From: Eukaryota sp. TZLM1-RC
Taxonomy: Eukaryota > Protista > Metamonada: BaSk clade
Length of the DNA: 64,000 nt
Direction: 5' to 3'
Assembly (NCBI GenBank): GCA_040285825.1
Contig: JAUPSS010000013.1
Location: 186,001 to 250,000, forward strand
Shown here in pieces: positions 1 through 12,400 of the stretch. The position numbers and the translations under genes are program-made. Position 1 is the stretch's first letter. Each line of letters opens with the position of its first letter. The notes beneath the pieces were generated by a model, which was not told where the DNA came from, ran no database searches, and saw nothing but the letters and a program-made list of their open reading frames with translations.

Positions 1-1362
1 ATGCCCAGCATGTCAAAAAACGGCACATGTGCCTAAAAAAGTCATTGAATCATCTGGCTCTCTTTGGGCTGATCTACCTTTTGCACGATTAAACGCAGAT
101 ACTATTGGACCATTACAACAAGATGATAATGGATCCAAATATTTAATAGTTTTTGTAGACTCGTTCACCAGGTATACGATCATTTGCCCTGTAAAGGAAT
201 TGAATGCAGTGGAGGCAACCAATCACCTCCTATGGAGTGTAGTATCAATTTTTGGTATCCCACTGTTGATTCATAGTGACAATGGTATTGAATTTGCAAA
301 TGCCATATTCAAAGGGTTATGCGATTTATTAAACATTGAAGTAAGTCGTTCACTAACTAGCTTTTCACAAAGCAATGGTTTAGTAGAAAGACGACACAGA
401 GACATTTTACAAAGTCTAAGAAAGATTTTGGTGGACTCTGGCGATTATAGCAATTGGAGTGAATATATCCCAATTGTACAACTTCAAATCAATTCAACTA
501 CTAGTAGAGTTACCAGTCATTCGCCCTACAATTTAATGTTTGGTAGCGACCACAGCCCTAGAGCTGATCCTAGTAATATGTTTGAATTAATAAAATCAGC
601 AAATGTTAATATTCCCTTTGCTAAAGATCTTGAAGCAAAACTTGAAAGGATTTCAAGAGAGAAGAGGCAGAGCTCAGGCAAGCTCAACAACTGCCTGCAG
701 TTAACAAACATAGGAACCCTTTTAATAAAGGTGACTTAGTTTTGCGATTAAAGACTAATGGTAAACTCCATGGTTGCTTCGCTGGCCCTTTTCTCGTTGA
801 AGAAGTTAAATCCAATAAAAGTTTATTACTCAAGAATCTTGTCACTGGTTCGACGTCTACGGCAAGTATAAATCATTGTAAACTATACCTTTCAGACTTC
901 CCTAAAGAAGATCTTGATTGGCATAAGAATATTGCTGCTGGCGATATGGAAGAATCTGTAATCGTTAAAATTATAGATCACTTTGATTACGTAGATTCGA
1001 ACAATAATAAAGTTCCTTTTTGTACCGCAGTTTGGTATGGCGGCGAGACTTAGTCTGTCCCAGTTGCTGACGTCACAAGCACTGAGGCATATCAAACATA
1101 TTTGCGCTCCATTAGTCCTCACACTACCAGAAAAGGAAGGTATCTTCTAATTCCAAATCTAAGACTAATTTCTCTGCAGTCAGTACTCGTAGCTTTCGTT
1201 CGAGATCTAAGAAAGGGAAAAGGTAGTGTTGTGCTGTGGACAATTAGTCTAGTACATTTATATTTATATAACATAGTTCACTAGTGATGGCCTTTATAAG
1301 GGCCGGTGATATTCTAATAAATTATTCCTTATTCTTTGTTATCATATATGGATAAAGCATCA
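1..1362 (+). mobile_element. 3' end of a Ty3/gypsy-type LTR retrotransposon (integrase + GPF region + chromodomain-like tail, PPT, 3' LTR), degenerate
   Basis: ORF 29-739 has rve integrase motifs (LNADTIGP, VDSFTRY, IHSDNG.EF, SNGLVERRH). After a frameshift it continues with KGDLVL...AGPF and IVKIIDH...AVWYG (chromo-like, in-frame stop at 1051). PPT AAGAAAGGGAAAAGGTAG lies at 1209-1226, followed by TGTTGT...GCATCA. Confidence 0.88.
1227..1362 (+). repeat. 3' LTR (136 bp, TG...CA)
   Basis: It starts with TG directly after the PPT, contains TATAA and AATAAA, and ends GCATCA like the LTRs at 31419/32384. Sequence after 1362 resumes a non-LTR element (matches 8964 onward). Confidence 0.75.
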
Positions 1363-1712
1363 ATAAACCCGTATCTCAGCTAGGACGTGTTGAGCATGTC
1401 AAGTATCAGCTGGTTCCATTTGCTGTTTCTCTTTTTGGTAACATTGGAATATCTGGCATTAAATTTCTTGAAAGTTTCAGAAGTTTAATAAAAGAAAGAG
1501 CAGGAAAAGAATTGAACTTCAATTTCTGGCACAATAGAATTGTTTTTAGTATTCTTAAAGCAATTCCAGAAATGTTGACCAAAGCACTGTTACAATTAGG
1601 AATAGAGTATGAAAATCGCGAGGTGAAAAGATTGGATGATGTTGATGCGTGTATTGAGGATATTGAGTTCTAGTTTTTTCTTTAATGTTTTGTTAGCGTT
1701 GAAAATAAATTT
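1363..1712 (+). mobile_element. Non-LTR retrotransposon 3' fragment, subfamily C
   Basis: Near-identical to about 8964-9312 (...DDVDACIEDIEF*). Confidence 0.85.
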
Positions 1713-1719
1713 CAATTTA

Positions 1720-2910
1720 TTCCAGTTTATCTCCCGAATTATGACAATCATGTTTTCCCATATCCATTCAAGAAATTCCAGACAGAAGTTTGTATTCATT
1801 AAAATTTGCGTTGAAAAAGCTCCAACGACATCTTTTGCAAAAATTTGAAAGCAAGGATTTTATTGTTCGACTTAGCACGGCTAAGAAAAAAATCCTGCTT
1901 TTGCAAATTTTTTGATTGATTTGAAGGACAGTTCATCTGCAGTTTTGATAAATCAAATTCCCCAGATTAATGGCCTATTTTTGAATGACGACCAATGGAC
2001 CACTGCTATGAGAATGCGTTGTTATTTATGGCCTTTTAATTTGCCCAATGATTTATTTTGCAAATGTGGAGCTAGTTTGACATTATCACATTTATTTAAT
2101 TGCAATAGATTTATTTCCTATCGTTCTACGTTGCATGATGCAGTTAGAGATCAAATCCATGCAATGTGTAATTCTTATCATATTGAATCTTTTGTAGAAC
2201 CTTTGTTGAGGTCTCTTGATATAAATGAAAGCGTAAGAGATTCAGAATATTGAAAATGACGTGCTGATGTTGTTGTGCCCTCGTTTGATGATGTCATGAA
2301 TGTTGTTGATGTCGTAACAGTGGATGTTTACAAGAAAAATGCCTTGAAAAATGCTCAATCCGAAGTATCCCCCCTTGATGACTCCGAATTGTACAAACGG
2401 AAAAAATATTTTTTTAAAACTGGAATAATTATTGAGATAAAAAACCCATCTAGAATTCAATATCCTCCAAACAAGCGTCACTATTACTGAACCTACTCAC
2501 AGCATTACGTTCATATTCTACACCAATAGCTAAAAGTGCCTTTGAAATCATTGTTGGAATAGACTTGAAAATGCAAAAAACAATTCTATTTAACCAGAAA
2601 GTGGAGTTCATTGTTTTACCAGACCTATTCAGTAACACTTTTTTAAAATTTTCAAAAAAATGCAACCCTGAAGGTCCAATATTGCCAAAAAGAGAACAAA
2701 TATGCAAATCCTTTAAAAGAATTGAAACATGTTCGCCATGTAGATTACCAAATTTGCCCATTTGCTATATCGTTGTATGGTCGTCTTGGAAAAACTGCTA
2801 TGAATTTTATTGATGATTTTGAAAATCTTGTGAAAAGAAGAATGAATAAGCGTTTTGATCGTCGCTTGTGGCTAAATCGTATTGTTTTTACTATTTTCAA
2901 ATCAATTCTT
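1720..2910 (+). mobile_element. Non-LTR retrotransposon 3' part, subfamily D (CxC..HxxxC, HDAVRD, RAD..D..K..KY RLE motifs), interrupted by an inverted insertion
   Basis: 1720-1860 repeats 4870-5008. ORF 1912-2253 and 2722-2928 carry the RLE domain, with stops. Confidence 0.85.
2410..2697 (-). mobile_element. Inverted 5'-truncated non-LTR insertion, subfamily C2
   Basis: Encodes ...NSDACLEDIEF* on the minus strand. Flanked by AAATAT at 2404-2409 and 2698-2703. The host frame (ELYKRK-KYANPL) rejoins on removal. Confidence 0.85.
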
Positions 2911-2999
2911 AAAATTTTTCATGCTTAATATTTGCTACACTGGGAGAATAACCCACATTTTGAGATCTTGTGCTCCATCCATAGCTAATTTAATTTAAT

Positions 3000-5008
3000 T
3001 TACCTCCCAAAGATGAGTGCACTGCAGAAGACAATGATGCAGTGATGTTAGATATTCCCCTTGAAGCAAGTCAAATCGATAATTGTGCTATTTGTAATGA
3101 AAAAGCTGAAAGATATATTTTAAAAAATAATTTATATGTATGCCATGTTTGCTCCTCGCTTGATACATTACGGCCTCCATGTAAGATTCCGAATGTTCTC
3201 AGTCCCAAGGCTTCCATTCCCTTTTCTGTTGCGTTTAGAACATTCAGTCTTGCTTTGAAAAAAGGAGAATGGGATATATTTTCTATTTGGAAATTCTTCC
3301 TTGAACAAAAAATCAGGTTCTCGTCCCCAAAAGGTTTTCACTGCAAAGAAACAACCCAAGAATAAGACTGTACGAAAACTTTTGCTACGTGGGAGATATG
3401 GTTCAGGGAAAGACGCTCTGTTCTCATCTGATCTTGCTCCTGTGACTGATGAAACTGTAAATCAATTAGTGGATCTGCATCCAGCTGAATTTCTTAATTT
3501 GGATAAACCATCTGCTTCACAATTTTGGAAACAAAATCCACTTTCTGAAAAAGAAGTTGAAACTGCCATTTTCCGTCTTCCATCTGGAAAAGCTCCAGGT
3601 CCATCTGGAATTACTTTTGATATGCTGTAATCTGTGTGCCGCCAAAATGCCTTTATTATTCAAGATTTATGTTCCTTTTTGCAAGATGTTTTGACAATGA
3701 AAATTGTTCCACCCAAAGAATTAAGTGCATCACGGTTAGTGGCTTTAACTAAACCTAATGGAAAAGTTCGCCCAATTGCCATTGGTGAAGCCATTTATCG
3801 CTTGATGTCTTCAGTAATTTTTAATCGAGTTTCAACAAAAGCTAAAGAATACTTTTCTCCATTCCAATATGGAATCAAAACTATAGATGGAGCTTCAGTT
3901 GCAGCTTTGACATCTGATCTGTTTTTCAATTGTCACGAAAATAGTTGCATTTTTAATCTTGATTTCAAAAATGCTTTCAATTCAGTGAAAAGAGATTCAA
4001 TTTGGAAAGAAATCAAATCAAATTTTCCTGAACTCGACTTTTTTTTATAGGTTTTATGGTAATTCATCTGATTTAATTTTTAATTCTTTTAATCTGGATT
4101 CTTTATCAGGAGTTAAACAAGGAGACCCTTTAGGTCCTTTCTTTTTTTGTCTTGCAATTCACCCAATTTTGAAAAAATTAAAAGAAGAAAATTCTGACCT
4201 TCAAGTGGTAGCTTACATGGATGACATTTCTTGTATTGGTCCAGAAAGTACAATTAATAGGGTTGCTAATGAAGCTGCTACATTATACCAATCCGTAGGT
4301 CTTGACTTGAATGTTCAAAAATGTTTTTGTATTTCTAGAAAAAATGTTAAGTTAATAATTAATTCCATCGAAGTTCCATATATTGATTATACTTCAACTA
4401 GTTTCTGCTTTCTGGGTTGCTATTGAGGTTCCGCCGAAAAGACACTTGACAGCCTTGAAAATTATTTAAATTCAATTAAAAAAGAGCTAGAAGTCATAAA
4501 AACTCTTGAATTGGAAAAACATCTTAAGTTTTTTCTTTTGAAAATTTGTTATGCTGGAAAAATTACTCATTTACTGCGATCATTACCTCCATCCCTAACT
4601 TACAATTTTTGTAGACAATTTAACAAAATACGTACCCAATTTTTGGCTTATTTAATGTCTGTTGATCCATCAATTTTGAAAAATCATATTTTTTCGGATG
4701 TTCAACTTGGCGGTGTTGGATTCAATTCATCAAAATATTTGACCAAAGCTGCAATTATTGGTGGTGGAAAAAATTTTGTATTTGAATTCTCTAGAAGATA
4801 TCCTTTTGCCGAAAATCTTCTTGAAAATACAAATAGCATATTCCTGGATAACTTAAGACAAGAAATATCCAGTTTATCTCCCGACTTATGGCAATCATGT
4901 TTCCCCATATCCATTCAAGAAATTCCAGACAGAAGTTTATATTCATTAAAATTTGCGTTGAAAAAGCTCCAACGACATCTTTTGAAAAATTTTGAAAACA
5001 AGGATTTT
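3000..5008 (+). mobile_element. Degenerate non-LTR retrotransposon subfamily D (Zn-finger N-terminus + RT)
   Basis: CAIC/CHVC, GKAPGPSG, RPIAIGE, QYG, LDFKNAFNS, GVKQGDPLGP, YMDD. Several stops and frameshifts. Confidence 0.9.
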
Positions 5009-5009
5009 T

Positions 5010-8000
5010 TTTTCTCCCTCCCTTAGTCAACCCTTTCATATTTCACTTTCTGTCAAGGCGTCAAAGTCGTACTGTTTCTCTGTCAAAACGATGCCTTTGG
5101 CTGATAGTGAATCTGATACTGATTGGAACGCCCAAGCAAAGATTCTACCAGTCAGATCAAGCTCATCCACTCCACTTCCCCACTCTCCCCACAATACAAG
5201 CTATGCTCGAAATTCATCTCAAAAAAATTTTCATTCAAAAACTGATCATTGTACCAGAAAAAACACAGAAAAACCACCATTACGTTCCTTGCGTTCTGTT
5301 GCGCGTTCTATTAACAACTCCGTTTCTCGAAATTTGTTTTCTCCAGCTGAAGCTGCAAAAAGTCAAAAGTCTATTTCTACTTTTAACTCAAAAATTGACA
5401 AAATTGAAAGAACTGAAAAAATGAAACCACTGCCATTAAAAGGTTCTAAAAAATGTTCGATTTGTGGTATCAGTGGTCATAATTCGAGAACGTGCCCTGA
5501 GAAACAAAAAAGAGAATTTGATTTAAAATCTGCTCAACAAATTCTCAAATGTTCTGTTCCAGCTGTTGCCGTTGTGAAAGGTGCTGAAAATGATGTTTCT
5601 GACGATCAACAGTTAAATGCTTCTAGTGTTTCCTCTTCTTCCTCTTCTGAAAACAGTAATTTTTGTTGTCCATTTTGCAAAAAAGATGTTGCAGATTCAC
5701 GAAATGGTCGAAAACTTCTGTTTTGTACGAATTGTAAAGCCGTTGATACCGTAAGACCCCCGATCCGGATCCCAGTAGAAATAAGTCCCGCCAGCACAAT
5801 CCCCTTCTCAATGGAAATGAGAAATTTTACTTCCGAATTGAAAAATAATAAGTGGAATATTTCATCCTTCTGGAAATATTTTGCTAGAAAAAAACAAAAA
5901 TTGTTTTAAGAAAAAATTTGGAAATAGAAAAATTGTAAAATCAAAAATTTGCCGAAAATTGTGCTTACGTGGTCGTTATGGTGCCGCAAAGCAGTCTTTG
6001 TTTTCCTCTTCTTTGGCTGATGTAAACTCTGATACCCTTGAAAAACTCCAAAAGTTGCATCCTCAAGAAAATTTCAAGTGCAGCAAGCCTGAAGTGTGTC
6101 CTTTTTGGATTGAAAATCCTATTACTGCAATTGAGGTTCTTAAAGCTATTCAAAAATTACCTAAGGGGAAAGCAGCAGGCCCATCTGGAATTTCTTTTGA
6201 TCTCTTAAAAATAGCGTGTTCCAGTGCTCCCGAAATTGCTGATGATCTAGCCCACTATTTTCAACAATTAATTGTTTTGAAAATAAATCCTCCATTTGAA
6301 TTACTCGCAGCACGTCTGATTGCTTTAGTAAAGCCTGGAAACGGAATCAAACCTGATGGAATACGCCCAATTGCTGTTGGTGAATCTCTTTCTCGTTTGC
6401 TAGCATCAATTGTCTTCGATCGTGTCAAAGACAAAGCTTCTACATTTTTGAATCCTCATCAATTTGGAATCAAAACAATTGATGGTGCTTCTGTTGCTGC
6501 TATTGCCTCTGATACCTTTTTTAATGCAGAGGGAAATAATTTTATTTTTAATCTCGACTTTAAAAATGCCTTTAATTCTGTAAAGCGAGAAGCAATTTTT
6601 GAAGTTATTAAATATGATTTTCCTGAGCTATCGAGTTTTTTCTACCATTTTTATGGGAAAGAATCGGATTTAATTTTTAATTCATTTGGTCTTAAATCAT
6701 CTTCTGGTGTGAAGCAAGGTGATCCTTTAGGCCCATTATTGTTTTGTTTAGCTATTCACAAAACTTTAAATATCATTAAGCAAAAATACCCTTCTATAAA
6801 AATAGTTGCTTATATGGATGATATATCCTTGATTGGTTCATTTGATTTACTAGAATTGGTTGCTCAAGAAATTGCCGATTCATATGAAAATATTGGGCTT
6901 CATCTTAATGCCAGCAAATGCCTTCTGATTGGCTCTTCTGCTCAAGACCTCGTGATAAACGATTCTATTGTCCCTTTTACTAATTATAGTAGTGATGCTT
7001 TTAAGTTCCTTGGTTGTTGGTTAGGAAATGTGCCTCAAATTCAGAATGAATTGCAAGTTATTTTGGAAAAAATGAAAATTGAACTTGATTCAATTTCTTC
7101 TTTAGATATAGAAAAGCATATTAAATTTTTTATGCTTAAAATTTGCTACACTGGGAGAATAACCCACATTTTGAGATCTTGTGCTCCTTCCATAGCATTC
7201 GATTTTTGTCGTTCTTTTAATTCATTGAGAACAGAATTTTTTGCTGATTTATTGGATGTAGAACCAGGAATGTTGAAAAGCCATTTATTTTCTTCAGCAA
7301 ATTTGGGTGGTATTGGTTTTACTAAATCTTCAATTTTGTGTCAATCAGCATTCTTGGGTGGTGGCAAAAATTTTATTTATGAATTTTCGCGTAGATTTCC
7401 TGATGATTCTCATCTGTTAGTCCCCAATTGTAGTCCCTATTTGTATGAGTTATCTTGTGAACTTGAAAAATTACCGCCACAAATTTGGACCAAATGTTTT
7501 CCTCAATCAATTCAAGAAATTCCAAACCGATCTCTTTTTAATTTACAGTTTTGCTGTAAAAAGCTTCAACAAAAATTGTCAAAGATTTTTGAAAGCTTGG
7601 ATTTTGATGTTAGACTTGGCTTGGCCAAGAAAAAGAATCCCGCTTTTGCAAATCTTTTACAAGATATGTGTGACAGTACTTTTTCTGCCTTAGTAACAAC
7701 AATTCCACAAGTTTATGCTACTCTCTTATCCGATTCTGCTTGGACTCTGAATATGAGATTTCGTTCCTTTATCTGGCCTGATAATTTACCTCATAATTTA
7801 ATTTGTAAATGTTCTCGAAAAATTACAACTACTCATTTGTTAAATTGTAAACATTTTATTACTTTTAGAAGCAAGGTTCATGATGCTGTAAGAGACCAGT
7901 TATATTGTATGTGTAAATCTCATAGAATTGAATCCTTCTGGGAACCTCTGTTGTCAAATCTGTTTGATGCTGAAGATGATTTTCATAAGAATAATAGAGG

Positions 8001-8495
8001 TGATGTTATATTACCTGGATTAGATGGAAGCTTCATTTTATTGGATGTAATGTCTGTTAATCCTTGTAATGCCTCAAATGAAAGGCTTGTTAATTCTGAA
8101 ATTCATAATCCCCTTTCAAATGCTGAAAATTTTAAATTCAAAAAATACAATGAACCTTTGTCCAAATTGGCCAGTCTACAGCATGCAAAATACAATTTGT
8201 ATCCATTTGTATTTTCCCTTTTTGGTTCACTTGCACCAACTGCTTTTCGTTTTTTGGATGATTTTGAAATGATTGTAAAGAGAAGAACTGGCAGAAATTT
8301 CAACAGATTGTTTTGGCAAAATAGAATAGTGTTTTCTATTTTTAAGGGGATGTTGAAGATGGTTTCTGATGCTTTGCTTTCTCTTGGATCTCACTATGAG
8401 AGAGTTGCATCTAGTGTTTTTGTTTTGGGAGAGATGGATTTTTTGGGTGTTGATTTATAGGTTTTGAATAAAATTAAAATTTTGGTCAAAAAAAA
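5010..8495 (+). mobile_element. Apparently full-length CRE-like non-LTR retrotransposon, subfamily A
   Basis: Short 5' UTR, ATG at 5091, CCHC knuckle CSICGISGHNSRTC, C4 motif, RT, RLE, 3' UTR ending in an A-run at 8488-8495. Confidence 0.92.
5091..8460 (+). CDS. Polyprotein: Zn knuckle + reverse transcriptase + restriction-like endonuclease (one +1 frame change near 5880-5909)
   Basis: RPIAVGE, QFG, LDFKNAFNS, GVKQGDPLGPLLF, YMDD, KFLG, CKC..HLLNC, HDAVRD, RGD..LLDV..KFKKY. ORF 5881-8460 is uninterrupted for 859 aa. Confidence 0.88.
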
Positions 8496-9315
8496 GTTGT
8501 CTTATTTCCCAGATTCCAAATGTATATGGTCTATTATTAAATGATCATCACTGGACAACTGCCTTCAGGATGAGGTGTTTTCTGTGGCCATGTAGTGTGC
8601 CAAATGATTTGATTTGTCGTTGTGGTCAGCTCATTAATCTGAATCATTTATTTAATTGCAAATTTAATATTACATATCGCTCGGTTGTTCACGATGCTGT
8701 TAGAGACCAACTATACGCTATGTGCAAAAGTCATCACATTGAAGCTTTTGTTGAACCACTTGTGCGAAGGTTGTCATCTGAAAATGAAGATGAAAATACT
8801 TTTGGGAAACGCCGTGCTGATTTAATTACCCCTGCGTCTGATGGTGTTATTAAAGTTGTTGATGTTGTCACTGTTGATGTTTGTAAAGACTCAGCAATTG
8901 ATTTTGCTAAAAGAGATGAAACTCCACTTTGCTTTTCTGAAAAGAGCAAAATCAAAAAGTACAATGAACCCTTATCTCAGCTAGGACGTGTTGAGCATGT
9001 CAAGTATCAGTTGGTTCCATTTACTGTTTCTCTTTTTGGTAACATTGGAATATCTGGAATTAAATTTCTCGAAGGTTTCAGAAGTTTAATAAAAGAAAGA
9101 GCGGGAAAAGAATTGAACTTCATTTCCTGGCACAGTAGATTTGTTTTCAGTATCCTTCAAGCAATTCCCGAAATGATAACCAAAGCACTGCTACAATTAG
9201 GAATAGAGTATGAGAATCGCGCATTGAAGAGGTTTGATGATGTTGATGCGTGTATTGAGGATATTGAGTTCTAGTATTTTAGTTTAGTTGTTTTGCTTGC
9301 GTTTCAAAATAAAAA
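8496..9315 (+). mobile_element. 5'-truncated non-LTR retrotransposon, subfamily C (RLE domain)
   Basis: ORF 8570-9274: CRCG..HLFNC, HDAVRD, RAD..VDV..KIKKY. Confidence 0.88.
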
Positions 9316-9485
9316 GTCCTGGAATTAAAATTTTTTGTTGAGAATCAGTATTATAAATTTTGTTAGTTTAAAATACAGAGCAAGACACAGTAAGACAATA
9401 AAAAAATAAAATATATAAAATTAAAAATAGATATAGAAAATAGTAAATAAATATATATCGACCACAGTTTATAATACAAAAAACA

Positions 9486-12400
9486 CTATAATTGGGCAGA
9501 ACTCTTGATAGAATCATAAACTTGACTAAACAATGCCTTCAATTCTTGGGTCAAATTGATGAATTCCTGATCCCAAAAGTGATACCGCTTGTTTTTGACG
9601 AGTTCAATAAAGGTGATCAGCAGCCCCCAGGGATGTGGTCTATTAACAATTAATCTCTCCAACAACACTCTAGTAATTTGTTCCAAAACTACTGAGTTTG
9701 TCATTTCACCAAAGATATAAAGGAGCACACGAGAGAAGTAGTGTGTGTGTGCATTGGGGTATCGAAGTTGATTAACAATTGCATTAATGAAATAGTACCT
9801 GCCTTCAGAGTCCAAGTCTTGGATCAATCTAAAGAAAATTAACATTGAGCTACTACCCATATCCAAAGTTCTTGAGTTACCTTGACTTTTTGTCTTTATT
9901 CCGTGATTCCCAACATGCAGTACCAACGCATTGATCAATGAAATGTTGTATTTCGTGGCCATTGTGGAAACTTGATCCAATGGTAAAAGGAGCTTATCAA
10001 TAAGATTGAATGGGTAAGAGGCTGGTTCTTCAGTAGTTAGGTATTGATTCAAATCATCAATCATTCCACACTCAGTTAACAATCTTGTGTAATCAGAAGA
10101 AATTCTTGGTATTTCGCCAATGGAAGGTAACAGATCTACCTTAAGATTTGGGGTAAATGGATCAGGCAGCCTAATTGTTCTTGGAAATGCAGACAGGATC
10201 AAATTACGCATTTGAATACACGTTGAAGGAATAACATCACAAAAAGAAAAATGAAATTCAGCAAGAAATTCAGGGAAATCATGCAAAAGCACCAATAGAA
10301 TTCGGAGCAACCCCTTGTACAAAACTTTCGAAGCACTGTCAAGTTCAACTCTTTTGAGGAAAGGTTCCAAGAACTGCAAAAGCAGAATGATCAGCTTTTC
10401 TAACATGAGCCAACCATTCTGTTCACGATGGTTAAGTAAAGCTGGCATTAAAGATTTGTGGGAGAGGAGCTGGACCCAACTCAAGGCAAATGCAGGAACG
10501 ACAGAGGGACGAATGGTTCGGAGAGATTGGAAAAACAGTGTGATTACGTTCCAATAAATACTATCCAATACTGGATCAGGACTGGTCAGTTCGACTAACA
10601 AAGAACTAAACAATCTCAACCAAGGACGCTGATCCACCAAGTTGCCTCCAACAAAGGAACTCAGCATTCTTTCAGTGACGCCAGCAACGACTCTTTGAGC
10701 AAGTTTAGCGGTGCACGGGACGGATGACGAACTTTGAGAAGCTCCAACCCTACGAATACAATAAGATAGTAATAAAGCACACGAGTCAAGTGGAGAGGGG
10801 TTGTATACACCATCGTTTGCTGTTGGAAGGGCTTGCTCAATAGCGACGTCAATCAAGTTTTTGATAAATTGGGCATCTGGGAACATTTGTTGAGCAGTGA
10901 CGTTGTTCTGAGGTCGATTCGAAGAAGGCAAGTAACCTCTTGCGAATAGTGAATCAATAAACAAGTCAATTTTACCACCCAATCTGTTATTAAAAGCAGA
11001 TCCACTAACTTCCAAGTCATCAAGGACCACTTCAACTGAAGGAGGTGTGGCAAGTAAGGTGATCCATTTAGCGAAAACAACCTCAACTGCACGTTTCCAT
11101 TGGTTTTCAGAGTGAATTGGAAAAGCTGAAGAGAGTTTGTTTAAGATGGAAATTACTTTGGGAGTTTTGATGGTTTCAAGCTTCAAAACCAGAGGTAATG
11201 CTGCAGAGTAGGGTTCAAGACGCTCTTCAAGGACCAATTTTTCAATAATAAAAATACTAAAATCAACAGCATTTTCACAATTTTCCATTTGTGAAGCAAT
11301 ATAAGGGAAAAATTCCAAAGAGTCGACTACCTTGTATGCCAAAAGTGGAGGAATTCTCAGCCTAGAGGACTCAAACTCCTCACGACGCTCGTTCCAACAC
11401 AATTGCTCAGTGTAAGCCTTGAAAATGGTGGGGCTACAAGTTTCTTTTAGGATGGACAAAACTTTAGCCAAAACATCAATTCGAATGCTGGGATGGGTCT
11501 CTAAAGTTTCAAGGAATCTTCTAACAGCAGCACTTATTGCACGGTGCACAAACGTAGGAAACTGGCAATGTTTCTTGGCTATTGCAAAAACACAATCCAA
11601 ATTCCGTGTAATTGGATGAGATTCAGTCAACCCTGCAACAGAACTTGTCAAATCTGAATCCTTTGTGCACAGTGAGCATATCTGGTTTAGCGAATCATCA
11701 AATTTGACAAAAGCATAATCTCCACCATCCTGACCACGAGTATCTACAACCTTGGTTCCAATCTTGGGTAATTCCAAAAGATTTGAATAGACTTTCTGCT
11801 GGTCCTCTGTGAGAGCAAATCCAGCACTGGTATCCACCCACTTCAGGGCAGGAGGAAGGGTTAAAGTTTGTTGAACTCTGGGGTGATGGGTTGGTGGAAC
11901 CAAAGTTCCGTTAGAGCGGGATGTAATTTCAGCATGGCAAGCTTGTTTAATGTTTTGAATAGCCATTTCTGATGAAGCAGATTCAATAATAGTGGAGCAC
12001 GTGTGAACGATATCGCTATAAAAGGCTTGAATAGTCGACTGTACCACTTCACGATGTTGGGGTTCAGCATCAACAAGCTCCTTGTTTAATTGGTTGTGCA
12101 AAGAATACCTTAATGGTTCTTTACACGTGACGCTTGACAAATGACTGGCTAGAATAGACACAGTATTAGTGAGGGTGTTCTGATAAGTAACTAAATCAGT
12201 TACAACAGAGAAATCCTTATTTACCAATACTTTTGAGGTATTGAGGGCAATCTTGACTGCTCTATCCACCACTGGGGAGGTAGTTTCACGAAGAGAGTTC
12301 TTGATTGCATTAATTATCATCGTTCTTTCTTTGGGAGACAGTTTGCATCCGTCTAATAACTCAGATACTTTAGCAATGCCAGTAGAGACAACTGAATCAA

